A DNA stretch of 64,000 nucleotides from Callorhinchus milii. Lineage: Eukaryota. The translations under genes and the position numbers were made by a program. The stretch covers positions 41,230,001 through 41,294,000 of the forward strand of contig NW_024704742.1 of the NCBI RefSeq assembly GCF_018977255.1, read 5' to 3'. Of this stretch, positions 25,500 through 39,201 are shown piece after piece (within the stretch, counting starts at the first letter, position 1; the number at the start of each line of letters is the position of its first letter). The notes beneath the pieces are model-generated. The model was not told the origin of the DNA, did not search any database, and saw nothing but the letters and a program-made list of their open reading frames with translations.

Positions 25500-26445
25500 A
25501 CCCTCTTTTTTGACATATAAATGACTTGGATGAAGAAATAAAAAGTTTAATATTCAAGTTTGCAGAGAACACTAAGCTAGGAGGCTCAATAAATTATGTA
25601 GATGGGAGTAGGAAGTTACAAAGGGACTTAGACAGATTAAGTGAGTGGCAAATGAAGTTCAATTTAGAGAAGTGCGAGGTCATCCACTATGGATCGAAAA
25701 AAGATAAAGCAGAATATGTTCTTAATGGGGACAGACTAAGAACTATGGAGGAGCAAAGGAATTTGGGTGTCCATGTCCACAAATCATTAAAAACTAGTTC
25801 CCGGGTGCAAAACGTAATCAAAAAGGTGAATGGTAAGTTGGCCTTTATCTCAAGGGGCCTGGAATACAAAGGGGAAGAAATGATGCTTCAGCTGTATAGA
25901 GCATTAGTCAAACCCCATCTGGAGACTGCGTTCAGTTTTGGGCACCACACCTCAGGAAAGATATATTGCCTCTGGAGGGGGTGCAGCGCAGATTCACCAG
26001 AATGTTACCAGGCCTTAAAGGGTTAAGTTACAAGGAAAGGCTGTAATAAAGATTGTATTCCCTTGAGTTTAGAAGGTTGAGGGGTGATTTGATTGAGGTG
26101 GTTAAGATGATAAAGGGATTTGACAGAGAACAAGCAGCGTAGTCTTAAAGTTAGAATCAGGCCATTTCAGAGTGAAATCGGGAAGTATTTTTTCATTCAA
26201 AGGATGGTAGAAATCTGGAATTCTCTCCCCGAAAAGGCCGTAGGTGCTGGATCCATCCACACCTTCAAGGGTGAGGTTGATAGATTTTTGGTAGGTCAAG
26301 GTATCAAGGGATATGGGGAAAAAGCAGGAAATTGAGAATGACAGGATTAGTTGAGATACACATCAGCCATGATCTAATTAAATGGTGGAACAGGCTTGAA
26401 GGGCTGAATGGCCTACTCCTGTTCCTATGTTCCTTCCTATGTTTT
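25500..26445 (+). mobile_element. CR1 3' fragment (RT C-terminus and tail)
   Basis: WQMKFNLEKCEVIHYG, LYRALVKPHLE, WNSLPEKAV, ending in the CR1 tail gggctgaatggcctactcctgttcctatgttcc. Confidence 0.88.
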
Positions 26446-28623
26446 TCAATAAGAGCTCTCTGGTACAGTATGTTATAGCAATCTGGGACATGCTTGGGAC
26501 ACAGAACTATCCATATAATAGAGGGAACATAAAAAGTAATACTAGGTCAGAACTGAAATCATTTCTTAAATTGAAACATTCATTCTGTGATTTGTTTTAA
26601 ACTCCCTTCAAAAGATAAATTTTAAAAAATTATAAGTATAATCCATAACTGTTTGTGGGACTCTGCTGTGAGCAATTGGCTGCTACATTTTGGCCACAAA
26701 ATATACAGTCAATTCAATATGCTTTGAGATGTCTCGAAGATGTGATAAGGTGCTATATCAAATGCAAGGATATTATTGTTAAAATTGAGGATTTGTTCTT
26801 GAAATTTACACACCAAATAGCTTACACACACTGACTGGTCAAATTTGTCAAAGCCTCTATATGGGTCATATGATATAGCATTGATGCCCCCAGTCCAGAG
26901 CCAGGGCTTTTGCAATGTTAATTCCTCTGCACACAAGGGATGGATGGATTCTTTTGCCGAAATTACTCTTTGTAGAATTTACTTTTGACAAAACCAGGAT
27001 CAAAAGGTGAGTTACAGAATTTGATAGCTATCGGTGAGGCAGAACGAGTAGTCTTAATGTAATCTGAATGCGAAATAGCGCCTATCTTGTTGCAGAAGTT
27101 TCATTATTTATGTGTCTCGACAGTGGATAGGGTAGCAGGGCAGTGAGAGCTGAGCAATAGGTAACCTGGGGAACGATCACATGTTATAGTGTTTAGAAAC
27201 GCCACTGCCAGTGAATCACTTACAGCCGGAGTGCAGAATCACTCCAAGAATTACTTTCTGGGATAATATGCCTTGGTGTTGCACACTCACAGCATTTCAT
27301 TTGTGTTTTCACGATGAATTTTACAAGGAGTTCACAGCTGCAGTGAGAGGGGTCGATGTGAGCAGATCGGAAACTGTAAGTTCTGATCCTAAAATATGTG
27401 ATAAACACGGGACTATGACAGTTGTTTGGATACTTGAGCCTTTTCAGATTCCCAGTCTTAAATTTACCTACAGGATTTTAGCCTCGTTCAACCAGGAGAG
27501 GAACAGCAGCAATGCTGCTCCCAGATCAGTAACACAGTGAGACAGACAGACACCAGAGCTCTATCTATTACAATAATGCTCAAACTCTGAGATGGCTTAC
27601 TTTCCTTTTCAACCCTGTATTTCAGCAATAAGAAAAACATTCTATCTGTATAAAACGCAGTGTTCTGTAATCCTGTAATTGTATTTTCTTTGAACTTTAT
27701 GTTAAACGGATCTTCATGATGTTGTCGACTTGTTACCATTCATTTATGCAAACTTATGATATTAACAAAGTAGAGTAAGTTTTTTTTTCAGGGCTTGATC
27801 TCATTGGCGAATGCATTATTCTGATGTAAAGAGTGACTTTCTAACAGCTGTGCATGTGTGCATACAGTGAATTATAGCAGGTTCACTGGGCAGCCGGAAA
27901 CTGGGCTGATTTTCCCTCCTTCGATGTTTAGTATCATGAGATTCCACTGTACTTGCTGGAAGGTGGGAAGAGGAGATGCACACTACACACAGACAGAGCT
28001 CATACGTTAATTGCATGGAAAGTAATTCAATGAGATTGTGGACAACATCCTGAGAGGAGGAATCAGTTACCTGGGAATTAACCAGGTAAGAGTCTCAATC
28101 AGTGCCTTTTGCTTGTCACTGGAGAACTAACCAAGATATGTATCGGCAGGGATCAAATGTCTTTTTGTATAGCAGGTTACTTCTTGGCCTTTTGGCAAGA
28201 AAGGCCATGAAGGCCTTTTCATCCTTTGGATGAGATGTTAAACTAAGGTTCCCCCTTCTTTCTCCACTTGACGTTGTATCCCATGTCACTATTCGAAAAG
28301 AGAAAGGAGTTTCTCCCAGTGTCCTAGCCAACAAATACTCCAAATAAAATTGGTCAATTACTCCATGGTTGTTTGATGTGGGCAAATTGGCTACTGTGTT
28401 TCTCCCACAAAATACAGTCAATCCACATAACAGGATATCTGGTGAAGGGCACTGAGAAGTCTTGATGTGTAATAAGCCGCAAAATCAAATGCAATAATTA
28501 TTATTATCAAGATCAAATTTTTTAACTATGCTTAGTTACTGATTTTGATCAAGTGCATCAATAGTCATTACGACTGGCTTTGTTGCCATTTGGCAATATC
28601 GAGGTGCTGGTCAATCAAATGTG

Positions 28624-28946
28624 ATTATAATAATAATCCTTGCATTTGATATAGCGCTTTTCACGTCGGGAGAACGTCCCAAAGCGCTTCACAGAACACA
28701 CTGTAAAGTGAATTGACTGTATATTTGTGGGCGAACGCGGCAGCCAATTGCGCACAGCAATGTCCCACAAACAGTCGTAGATTGAAAATGACCAATTTAT
28801 TATTGTTTTGTTTTTTTGGAGGGATTATTATTAGGCTCTGTGTGGAGTAAGGAAACTTGCCCAAGGTTTCGCCCTCTGCCTGGAATTGAACTCAGGTCTC
28901 TCACTTGCAAAGCGAGTGCTCTAACCACTGAGCTACAGGACTCCAC
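28624..28946 (-). mobile_element. Full-length young tRNA-Ala SINE
   Basis: Near-identical reverse complement of the copy at 50503-50825. Confidence 0.92.
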
Positions 28947-30280
28947 AATTATGATTATGAACTTGTGAGCATTTTTGACCAAGTTTGGGAAGCTGGGGTA
29001 AGACACTGGACTATATGTTTGGGGAAATTTCCTAATTGGACTAATTCAGAAAGGGAGGAAAATGAAAATAAACCTGTAGAGCAGATATGAGTCTTATTAG
29101 TTATTGGCATGCAGAGGTTGGGGAATAAGGGAAGAGTTTCTGTTCTCTGAATGGACCCCATGTGGTCTCTGTTTCAGTACAACAACATCCCCAGGATAGG
29201 TTTGGCATAGACCAGATACAGAGTAAAACTCCCTCTAATCTACTATGGCAACACACCTTAATCTCATCCTTAGAAAAATATCTCTTGCTCCATACTTTGA
29301 ATATCTCTGTTTCCCACTCCACCCACATTTACAGTCTTTCTGTCAAATAGTATTGAATTGTGGGCTGTTTTGTGCTTGCATTCAACTCTGCTGCTGAACT
29401 GAGCTGAGAATGTTCAAACATATTTAATATTGAACCATTAAATGCAGCACAAAGAGAGGGAGAAACAAAAAAGAGACTTACTTTAATGATTTAGAGTAGA
29501 TTTAAACCAGAGATAAATAGGCAACACATTGAGTTTCAATTGGGGCTAATACTTAGGTGCACAGATGCATTACTTTGTAAGGCCACCAGAGTGGAACTAC
29601 CAACAACTAACCTTCAGCTTTAAGGTCAAAACCAATGTTACAGAGAGTCTTTAATTTTAATAATATTTGCATTTTTGATATAGCCTTGTCACATCGTTGA
29701 GACAATTTTATTGCACAATGCAAGTTGAGAAGAGCATGTTGCTGATTGATGAATATTTTCACTGTATTTTTTTCTTTTCTTTTACAGTCACAGTGAGCTA
29801 CCATTCTATCTGAATGGACAACACGTTTGGATCTTTTTATACTCATGTTTACGAAGATTATTTGGAATCATCAACCCAATGACAAGTGACCATGTATGGT
29901 GTGGCATTCACCATTGTTCACTGGGATGGTTACCATATCGCCTATAGTAAATGCCATTTTCAATAGGATGGCCTTCTTATTTCTTTAATATTTTTGGAAA
30001 ATTGTGCCAAGACTACTAAGCAAAAATGCAAAGGCCACCTGTGAACAACCAGTATTACATCTGATGGAACGTTGGATAAGTTATATTGAATCTCCTGCAG
30101 TTGCAAACAATTTTGAAATATTATTTGATTCCAATGTGATTTGTCTCGAACATGAAAATGGTTTGGAAGCAGGCTATGTGCAGATGAAGCTTCTCGCCAA
30201 CTGTATACATGAAATCTCATTGACACATTCAATTATTAAGAGACTGACAGAGTCAGACTGTTGACATTCGCTTTGGTGCA

Positions 30281-33200
30281 ATGCCCAGTCGCCTGAAAAA
30301 AATTCTCTTTTCTGTAGCTTCTGCTGTAAGCTTTATGTCTGCACTCCTGTTGGCAGTGGCACTGGGGACAAAGCGATGGGTGACTGGTACCATTCTGTGC
30401 AAAACAGGGGCTGATATTGTAAATGCTACAGATCCAGAACTGGCAAAGTTTATTGGACACATTTACTATGGGCTATTCCAAGGAGGAAAGATCCGACAGT
30501 GTGGCCTTGGAGGACGGACTTCCAAAATTTTAAGTAATTATGGCAGATTTGGGAAAAATGATTCAATTGGTTTATCTTTATTGATTATTAAATTGAATGG
30601 CATAGGAAGGTTACATCTCTTTTCATCTCTGAAATCTTAGTTTGAATCCAGTTCAGACTGATGGCATCAACATTGCCCACTTCCATCCGTACCTCACAAG
30701 CAAAGCAACAGGAACCCTCATCCTCACCTTCATCACTTCCCGTCTGGACTATTCCAATGTCCACTATACACAAATTCCAAATAATTCAAATCTCTGCCGC
30801 CCGGAAACTCACCCTCATAAAACTCTGTACCTCCATCACACCAATCCTTGCCAGGCTCCATTGGCTCCCAATTACTGTACGGATCGATTTCAAGATCCTC
30901 TCACTTGTTTTCAAATCGCTTCATGCTCTCGCACCTCCTAACCTATTCAACCTACTTACCCCCCCACTTCACCACTCACTGCCTCCGCTCGGCTGGCTCC
31001 GGCCACCTGTTTGTACTTCGTACCCTCCGCTCCACCATCGTGACCATGCCTTCAACAACTATGCCACGAAGCTCTGGAACTCTCTCCCTCAATTCCTCCG
31101 TCTTGCTCCCTCCCTTCCCACTTTCAAATCCCACTTAAGACTTTTATTTTTGATTGTGCTTAAAGTCACCTCCCTACTCCCTCTCCCCCTGGCGTGGGGT
31201 CAGACTCTACCACTGTCAAGTGCTTCTGGGTACTACTCCATGTAAAGGATGCTATATAAATACAAGTTGTTTTTGTTGAGCAAAAAGAAAATCAATACCA
31301 GAACACAAAGATAATGCTAGTTATTAAATGTAAGATCGTTTGGAAAATAAATCATGCTTTTGCAATCGTTTACCACTTGTGTGGATACAATGAGGATCAT
31401 ATTGTGAAACAATTTTGTTTCTGCAACATCTGTTTAAGGAATCACAACAATTATGTTTAACAAAAGGTTCCTTTTGATTCTCCAATGCACTTATTTTTCA
31501 AACTGCAATTAATCTTTTTTTTATGCAAAATTTGCTGTGGAACTTAACATTTAACAAGGCATAATTGTCTGCCATAAAATGCAAGAGTGGGGTAAAATTG
31601 CACCTCTCGCGTTTTAATCAAGCAAAGGAAAACCAAAATGCTGCTGTTTAAAACACGATCAAATTAAATTATTCCATGTGGCATTTAATTTTATTGTGCC
31701 TCTAAAAGGAACAAATGTCACTGTTAAATGTCAATGCAATGTATAACCTAGTTGTGCCACACAACTCTCCCTATATAAAAATGGCAGATTATTTGAATAG
31801 GGAATGTAATTGGTTTGAAGAGGAAATTACTTTATTGATGCTCCAGCACATGAGAATCCTAAAATTGTGGAATATTGTTAAAGTTAGTCTAACCAAGTTA
31901 AGACTGAATGTAAGAATTTCCACAATTGTACTAGATCTTAAATGTTAGGACTCGGTGCAATTTCGGGTCTCATGTACTGACAACAACAACAACAACAAGA
32001 TTCCATTTATAAAGCGCCTTTCACGTCAGGAGGACGTCCCAAGGCGCTGAGCCTGCATAAAGCCTCTAAAGCTTGCAATAGTATCAATTTACATTTATAT
32101 AGCACCTTTCATGCCAGGAGGACATCTTAAAGTGCTTGACATTGCAATCACAGGTTTTTTAAAAAAATACTTGAAACAAGGGCTCCTGTTTTAAACTTTA
32201 ACAAATATTAATCTCTATTACAAACAGTTTATTATAGAGTTAATAATGGGAAACCTGTGAAAAAAAATGATGAAACCCATCCAAACATTGCAAGTCATTA
32301 TAGGCAAGACAGAGAAAGAAACTGGGAATCAAGAACTCACTCTGCTTGATTTGCCTGTGTTACCTCCTGAATCCTCACTTTCTCATCTCCTTAAACATTA
32401 ACCATCAAGTCAGCAACAAACGGCAAGGGATGGGATGTAAAATATAACTGATCGAATCCAAAGAAAAACATACATATTTTGTACTTCAGGATTACAAAAT
32501 GTAAGAAATATATTTAACCTCAATACCAAATGTAATATTTATGTCACCTGAGATGTTTTTGTGAGAAAATGTTGCATGAGTTGCTACAAATTTTGATTTT
32601 TACTATAATCATTTCTAATCTTATGTTTTCAGTTTTTCCACAGTTGGTGAAAACGCTGCATGCAGCAGTTCATATGTTGGTTATACTTTTTCTCTGCTTC
32701 GCCATTGCATTTGCTTTGGTCAGTTTTGGGTTTTGTATTTATAATGCTGTGAAGATCCCATACCAAACGATAAAGGGGCCAATGGGAATTTACCTCTGGA
32801 ACCTGATAGCAAGTAAGTGTACGGAGCTGTATATCATAATTCATTAGGCTACTATCATAATATTTCTATCCTTGGCCATGTCCCGCTGTTAACTTGTCAT
32901 GAAATCCCGTCAAACACCCTTGCAACTTTTAACAAGCAAGTGAACTATTTATTCAATATTTTTCCCAATTATCAGAGCTTTCAACAAAACTAAGATTGTG
33001 TAAAGTTGGAATAAAAATATCAAGGGCAATAAGGACCTTCCATTCACCCATTATTACCTGGCGTAGTGGTAATACTCTTGCCTCTGAGTTAGACGGTTGT
33101 GGATTCAAGCCCCACATCAGGACTTGGAATTGCGTAGACTAAGATGACACCCCAATAACGGCAGACCAAAGCAGATACAACTTCAGAGAATCCTAAAAAG

Positions 33201-33879
33201 AGTAAAGGGATGCCAGCATGTGGACTAGTGCTTTTTGGTTTGAAATTCAGTGCTAATCAAATAAGATACCCAGGATAGATTAGGGTTTATCTTAAGCATT
33301 TTAAACTGTTAGCTAAACACAGATATAAGATTGATGGGTGAAAAAGAGGAATATCAAAGCATGAGGGAGCAAGCAAGAGAATGGGTTTAGACCAGATGGT
33401 TCATGTGGAGAAAAACATCAATGTAGACTTGATGGGCTAAATGATTCATTTCAATGCTATAACCTTAAACTTCTTGTCATCAGAGTACATAAATAAATAT
33501 ACATTTTTTTCATGCTAGGTTTCCAGAATATATATTCTAAGAAACATTTTTTTTTGAGTAAGGGAATATCTATCGTAGCAGACAAAGGCATTAACATCAG
33601 TTTCCTTTTGCAGGTGGATGTGGAGTGTTTGCAGTTGTTTGTTTTATTGCAGCTGTGAAGATCCATCGCCATACAGAACGAATTGCCAATTTTCGGGAAA
33701 ATGTTTTTAAATTTGTCATCTTTCAGGAGTGCTTCGACTTCTCCTTTTGGCTGTGTGTGGCGAGTGCTGCTGTGCATGTTGTAAACCTGCTACTGGTACG
33801 TGTTAGCGGAGTGCAATTCCCTACGTTAAAGACCAAAACAGAGGAAGCAAATGTCACACCCGAAGATATAATGTACTAA
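30281..33879 (+). CDS. CLRN2: Clarin-2, 3 exons, 232 aa
   Basis: Exons 30281-30533, 32633-32812 and 33614-33879, GT-AG, 699 nt. Motifs LCKTGADIVNATDPELAKFIGHIYYGLFQGGKIRQCGLGGR, YNAVKIPY, GIYLWN, FSFW and C-terminal EDIMY. AATAAA at 34148. Position between QDPR and LAP3 supports CLRN2 over CLRN1/3. Confidence 0.95.
30655..31277 (+). mobile_element. Diverged L2 3' fragment in CLRN2 intron 1
   Basis: [37 protein letters not shown]. Confidence 0.85.
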
Positions 33880-34559
33880 GCTACCAAAAGTTACATTTAT
33901 CACATGGAGACGCATTTATGGAAATATCACTACAATTATCTACCTTCTGGGAATCATATTCATTTTATTTGTACAATGAGAAAGAGTGGGCAAAATATTC
34001 TTGTGATTAACAGTTAAAGTGACTATTTACCAAATTTGTGGTACTAATGGAAAAATATCTTGTAAATGACTATATATCATTGCATTATTTCTGAACATGT
34101 ATAAAAGATTTATTTTCTTCATTTAATACCATACTTTATTGATATCAAATAAATGATTTGCTTTGTTTCTTTTTAAATGCTATTTTATGGTCCAGCTGAA
34201 TACATGGCAGTACAGATCATAATTTTTAACTCTCTCAATACCAACGTTTAACATTTTGGATTCTCAGTAGTTGTTAGTATTCAGAAGGAGATATGAATAT
34301 TGCAGTGTTCCACAACAAAGTCCTACCTAAATAAAATCTGTGCCATAATATGTACACTCTGTCTCTCTACTTCACTGAATATTATCTGTTCCTTATACAT
34401 GTTAATAACATAGATTTACAGATTCATTGCAAAGTAGTTAAATTTGTAGATAACTCCAAGTCAGGGGAAACTACTGTAGAATCAGAGGAGGCAAATAGGG
34501 TAGGGATGTGTTCTGATCACTGCAAACAAAGTTAAATACAGATAAATCCAAGGTGCTGC

Positions 34560-35280
34560 ATATAAGAAGTAAAAATGTACTCTGTAGTGCTCATGTGTCG
34601 GAGTAATATTACAGATAGATTTATCAAATTCAGAGGTAAAATCTTCCCAGGTAGCCTTTCTAAAGTTGAATCTCAGCAGGTACTTGTTTTTTCTGGGTTG
34701 AACTGCAGCCTCTATTGTCATTTGCATTAGTTTATCCTGTGATCACTGCCTTGACATCCCTTCTGAAGTTGCCTGCATTATCAGAGGTGACAAAGTTGGG
34801 TCAGGATGCGCTTTGAAAGATAAATTTGGCTTTGGGATCATAGAGCAAGGTAATGTTGTTTGTTGCCCCAGATGGTGTTGTGACTGTTGAAGTCAGGGAG
34901 CACAAGCCATGGGTTTTCTGGCAGGGGAAGGTCGGTTGGCCATGCAACCTGTTCACCTGGTGTTTGTAAACCAAAACGACTGCTGTTTGGTCAAGTTCAA
35001 CCATAATAAATTCCACTGTATTATAGAGTTTTACAGCAGGGTTTTTCACCTGTCTTCTGTCACATTCAAGTATCGTACTGCCATTGATGCTACTTTCAAT
35101 GTCCATGGCAATGTGCATGTCAGGGATGTTTGGTGCTGGTGTCTCTATGTGTTTCTTACAAGAGTCTACTTTCTTTCCAGTTAGAACATCAGCCTTCTCT
35201 GAAGAGAATCCCTCCATATTGAAGTTGACAATTTAGAGTCTTTGACTGAGGCCCCGAGAAAGGCTGTTTCTGCCAAAGTC
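34560..35280 (-). mobile_element. Decayed Ingi/Vingi-like non-LTR element (endonuclease region)
   Basis: Frameshifted FSGP..IVNFNMEGFSSEKADVL, QETH-like segment, PNIPDMHIA, VVLVYK and LRFNFRKATWEDFTSEFD. Clade assigned from memory of these motifs. Confidence 0.55.
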
Positions 35281-36556
35281 TATGTGTACATTTTCTATTG
35301 CATGTTGTCAGATTTGGTCTCTCCCATTGCTAATTGCAATGGGAGATTTATAGGGGTCACAATGTGAATGTCTCTGACTAAACTCGCAAACTGACTGCCA
35401 CTACACTTTACAGTATATTCTGTGATGTGCTTTGAGACATCCCCCGTATGAAAAGTGCTATATATATGCAAGGATTGTTTATTATTAATAGGTCACATAT
35501 ATGTCTCATATCCCCTATCGAAAATTCCAAGTATGCCTACCATCTCCAATAACAAGTTGCATAGATTGTATTACTATGTTCCATATGTGTCTAGTCTCTT
35601 TTAACAGTTTGTAAACATATTCGTGATCTTCGTGTGTACCTTGGTTTGTACAGATTGAAAACAAATAGTGATTATTTATGGACTTATAACCTGTTAATTA
35701 TCATAAAGACCAACAATCAACGGAAATGACAACACCTCTTTCCATTTGGAAATGTCACAAATTTCAATTATATTCAACCAGAATTGATTGCCTGTTGCAC
35801 AGGAGAATTTCCAGAGAATAGATAATTTATGTTAGATGCAGGAAAAAATGGAAAGAGAATAGAGATTTTGCTGAAAACAAGAGTCAAGGATTACATAGTT
35901 CATTAGGTGACCACAAAGTTAATTGTTCATCAAAGTTAAAGTTAATTTACTTCATAAATTGGCTCCCAAATTTATAGTAATTAGAAAGCAAGTGAAAGCA
36001 GTTAATGAAGCAATATCATTCTTAATTAGTGTATTGCAAACACATTTAAATNAAAAATACACAGCTAACAGCTGAGCATGAAGAAAGTCTGGCATTGAGA
36101 CTGAATGCTTTGATACTACTTTGTACAAATGGCTTAAAGTGCATCATTAAACCACATTGTGTGTCAATTTGGCTCAGTTAGTAGTCCCGTTACTTTGTGT
36201 CACAAGGATGGAGGTTGAAGCACCATTTGCTGCAACAATGTTGGAGGTAATGTTGCATTGTTTGAGATGTGATCCATGGATGAGACATCAAACCACAGTC
36301 CCGGCTGCTTCTTCAGGTGAAGATCAAAGATCTCCTGTCGTTTCAAATATTTAAAGGGTTGCTACAAATTAAACATTTATAATAAACGAATCAAGAAAAT
36401 CTCATCATTCTGTGGGTCAAAGTGGGAAGGTAATTCTTCTCACTGTTTGCAATTACAAATTTGACACCTTGCATTGACTGGACCAATTTTGCCAACAACT
36501 ACTTGCATCAATATAGCACCTTCACACGGGGCAGCATCTTGGAGCGCTTAACAGTG

Positions 36557-38128
36557 GCTGAGCCTGGGGCCGAGCCTGGCGCTGAGCCTGGGGCCGAGCC
36601 TGGCGCTGAGCCTGGGGCCGAGCCTGGCGCTGAGCCTGGGGCCGAGCCTGGGGCCGAGCCTGGCGCCGAGCCTGGCGCCGAGCCTGGCGCCGAGCCTGGC
36701 GCCGAGCCTGGCGCTGAGCCTGGGGCCGAGCCTGGGGCCGAGCCTGGGGCCGAGCCTGGGGCCGAGCCTGGCGCTGAGCCTGGGGCTGAGCCTGGGGCCG
36801 AGCCTGGCGCTGAGCCTGGGGCCGAGCCTGGCGCTGAGCCTGGGGCTGAGCCTGGCGCTGAGCCTGGCGCTGAGCCTGGGGCCGAGCCTGGCGCCGAGCC
36901 TGGCGCCGAGCCTGGGGCCGAGCCTGGGGCTGAGCCTGGCGCCGAGCCTGGCGCTGAGCCTGGGGCTGAGCCTGGGGCCGAGCCTGGGGCCGAGCCTGGC
37001 GCTGAGCCTGGGGCCGAGCCTGGCGCCGAGCCTGGCGCCGAGCCTGGGGCCGAGCCTGGGGCCGAGCCTGGGGCTGAGCCTGGGGCCGAGCCTGGCGCTG
37101 AGCCTGGGGCCGAGCCTGGCGCTGAGCCTGGGGCTGAGCCTGGCGCTGAGCCTGGCGCTGAGCCTGGGGCCGAGCCTGGGGCCGAGCCTGGCGCTGAGCC
37201 TGGGGCCGAGCCTGGCGCTGAGCCTGGGGCTGAGCCTGGCGCTGAGCCTGGCGCTGAGCCTGGGGCCGAGCCTGGCGCCGAGCCTGGCGCCGAGCCTGGG
37301 GCCGAGCCTGGGGCTGAGCCTGGCGCCGAGCCTGGCGCTGAGCCTGGGGCTGAGCCTGGGGCCGAGCCTGGGGCCGAGCCTGGCGCTGAGCCTGGGGCCG
37401 AGCCTGGCGCCGAGCCTGGCGCCGAGCCTGGGGCCGAGCCTGGGGCCGAGCCTGGGGCTGAGCCTGGGGCCGAGCCTGGCGCTGAGCCTGGGGCCGAGCC
37501 TGGGGCTGAGCCTGGGGCTGAGCCTGGCGCTGAGCCTGGCGCTGAGCCTGGGGCCGAGCCTGGCGCCGAGCCTGGCGCCGAGCCTGGGGCCGAGCCTGGG
37601 GCTGAGCCTGGCGCCGAGCCTGGCGCTGAGCCTGGGGCCGAGCCTGGCGCCGAGCCTGGGGCCGAGCCTGGGGCCGAGCCTGGGGCCGAGCCTGGGGCTG
37701 AGCCTGGCGCCGAGCCTGGCGCTGAGCCTGGGGCCGAGCCTGGGGCCGAGCCTGGGGCCGAGCCTGGCGCCGAGCCTGGGGCCGAGCCTGGCGCCGAGCC
37801 TGGGGCCGAGCCTGGCGCCGAGCCTGGGGCTGAGCCTGGCGCCGAGCCTGGCGCTGAGCCTGGGGCCGAGCCTGGGGCCGAGCCTGGGGCCGAGCCTGGG
37901 GCCGAGCCTGGTGCCGAGCCTGGGGCTGAGCCTGGCGCTGAGCCTGGGGCCGAGCCTGGGGCCGAGCCTGGGGCCGAGCCTGGGGCCGAGCCTGGGGCCG
38001 AGCCTGGGGCCGAGCCTGGGGCCGAGCCTGGGGCCGAGCCTGGGGCCGAGCCTGGCGCCGAGCCTGGGGCCGAGCCTGGCGCCGAGCCTGGCGCCGAGCC
38101 TGGCGCCGAGCCTGGCGCTGAGCCTGGG
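36557..38128. repeat. 12-bp minisatellite (GCYGAGCCTGGS) x about 131, inside an antisense L2 3' fragment (about 36493-38215)
   Basis: Directly visible array. The flanks match the L2 tail (caactacttgcatcaatatagcaccttcac...gagcgcttaacagtg) and L2 body (ggtcgaagaggaaggtctttag). Confidence 0.97.
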
Positions 38129-38270
38129 GAGGAAGCCGGAGACCCTATGTATGGTCGAAGAGGAAGGTCTTTAGTCATGACCTTAAAAGAGGGGAAGGAG
38201 GGGGGCAAACCGAAGGGACAGCTCCAAGTGACCTGTGTGCCCCTCCCTGAGTGGGTGAGCACTGTGTGGG

Positions 38271-39042
38271 GCAGGCACAGGGCACTGACAGGCACAGGGC
38301 ACTGACAGGCACGGGGCACTGACAGGCACGGGGCACTGACAGGCACAGGGCACTGACAGGCACGGGGCACTGACAGGCACGGGGCACTGACAGGCACAGG
38401 GCACTGACAGGCACGGGGCACTGACAGGCACGGGGCACTGACAGGCACGGGGCACTGACAGGCACGGGGCACTGACAGGCACGGGGCACTGACAGGCACG
38501 GGGCACTGACAGGCACAGGGCACTGACAGGCACGGGGCACTGACAGGCACAGGGCACTGACAGGCACGGGGCACTGACAGGCACGGGGCACTGACAGGCA
38601 CAGGGTGCAGCACTGACAGGCACAGGGCACTGACAGGCACTGGGCACTGACAGGCACAGGGCACTGACAGGCACGGGGTGCAGCACTGACAGGCACAGGG
38701 CACTGACAGGCACAGGGTGCAGCACTGACAGGCACAGGGCACTGACAGGCACGGGGCACTGACAGGCACGGGGCACTGACAGGCACGGGGCACTGACAGG
38801 CACGGGGTGCAGCACTGACAGGCACAGGGCACTGACAGGCACAGGGCACTGACAGGCACGGGGCACTGACAGGCACAGGGTGCAGCACTGACAGGCACAG
38901 GGCACTGACAGGCACAGGGTGCAGCACTGACAGGCACAGGGCACTGACAGGCACGGGGCACTGACAGGCACAGGGCACTGACAGGCACGGGGCACTGACA
39001 GGCACGGGGCACTGACAGGCACGGGGTGCGGCACTGACAGGC
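38271..39042. repeat. 17-bp minisatellite (GGCACRGGGCACTGACA) x about 43, with 22-bp variants
   Basis: Directly visible array; variant unit ggcacagggtgcagcactgaca is interspersed. Confidence 0.97.
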
Positions 39043-39201
39043 AGTTGCCGGCTTGCGGCGCTGCTGCCGGTTTGCAGGGAGGGGGGGGGGTGAGGGGAGA
39101 TCGGGCGCTCACCATTGACGCACAAAGGCGGCGCTGAGTGGCAAAAGGCGGTGTGGGGTGTGGGGCCGCGAGAGAGGGAGAGGGAGAGAGGGAGAGAGAG
39201 A

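Noticed and set aside
24720-26445. Head-to-head CR1 pieces suggesting a twin-priming inversion
   Set aside because: The pieces overlap by several hundred bases of RT sequence and differ clearly there, so two independent insertions are more likely.
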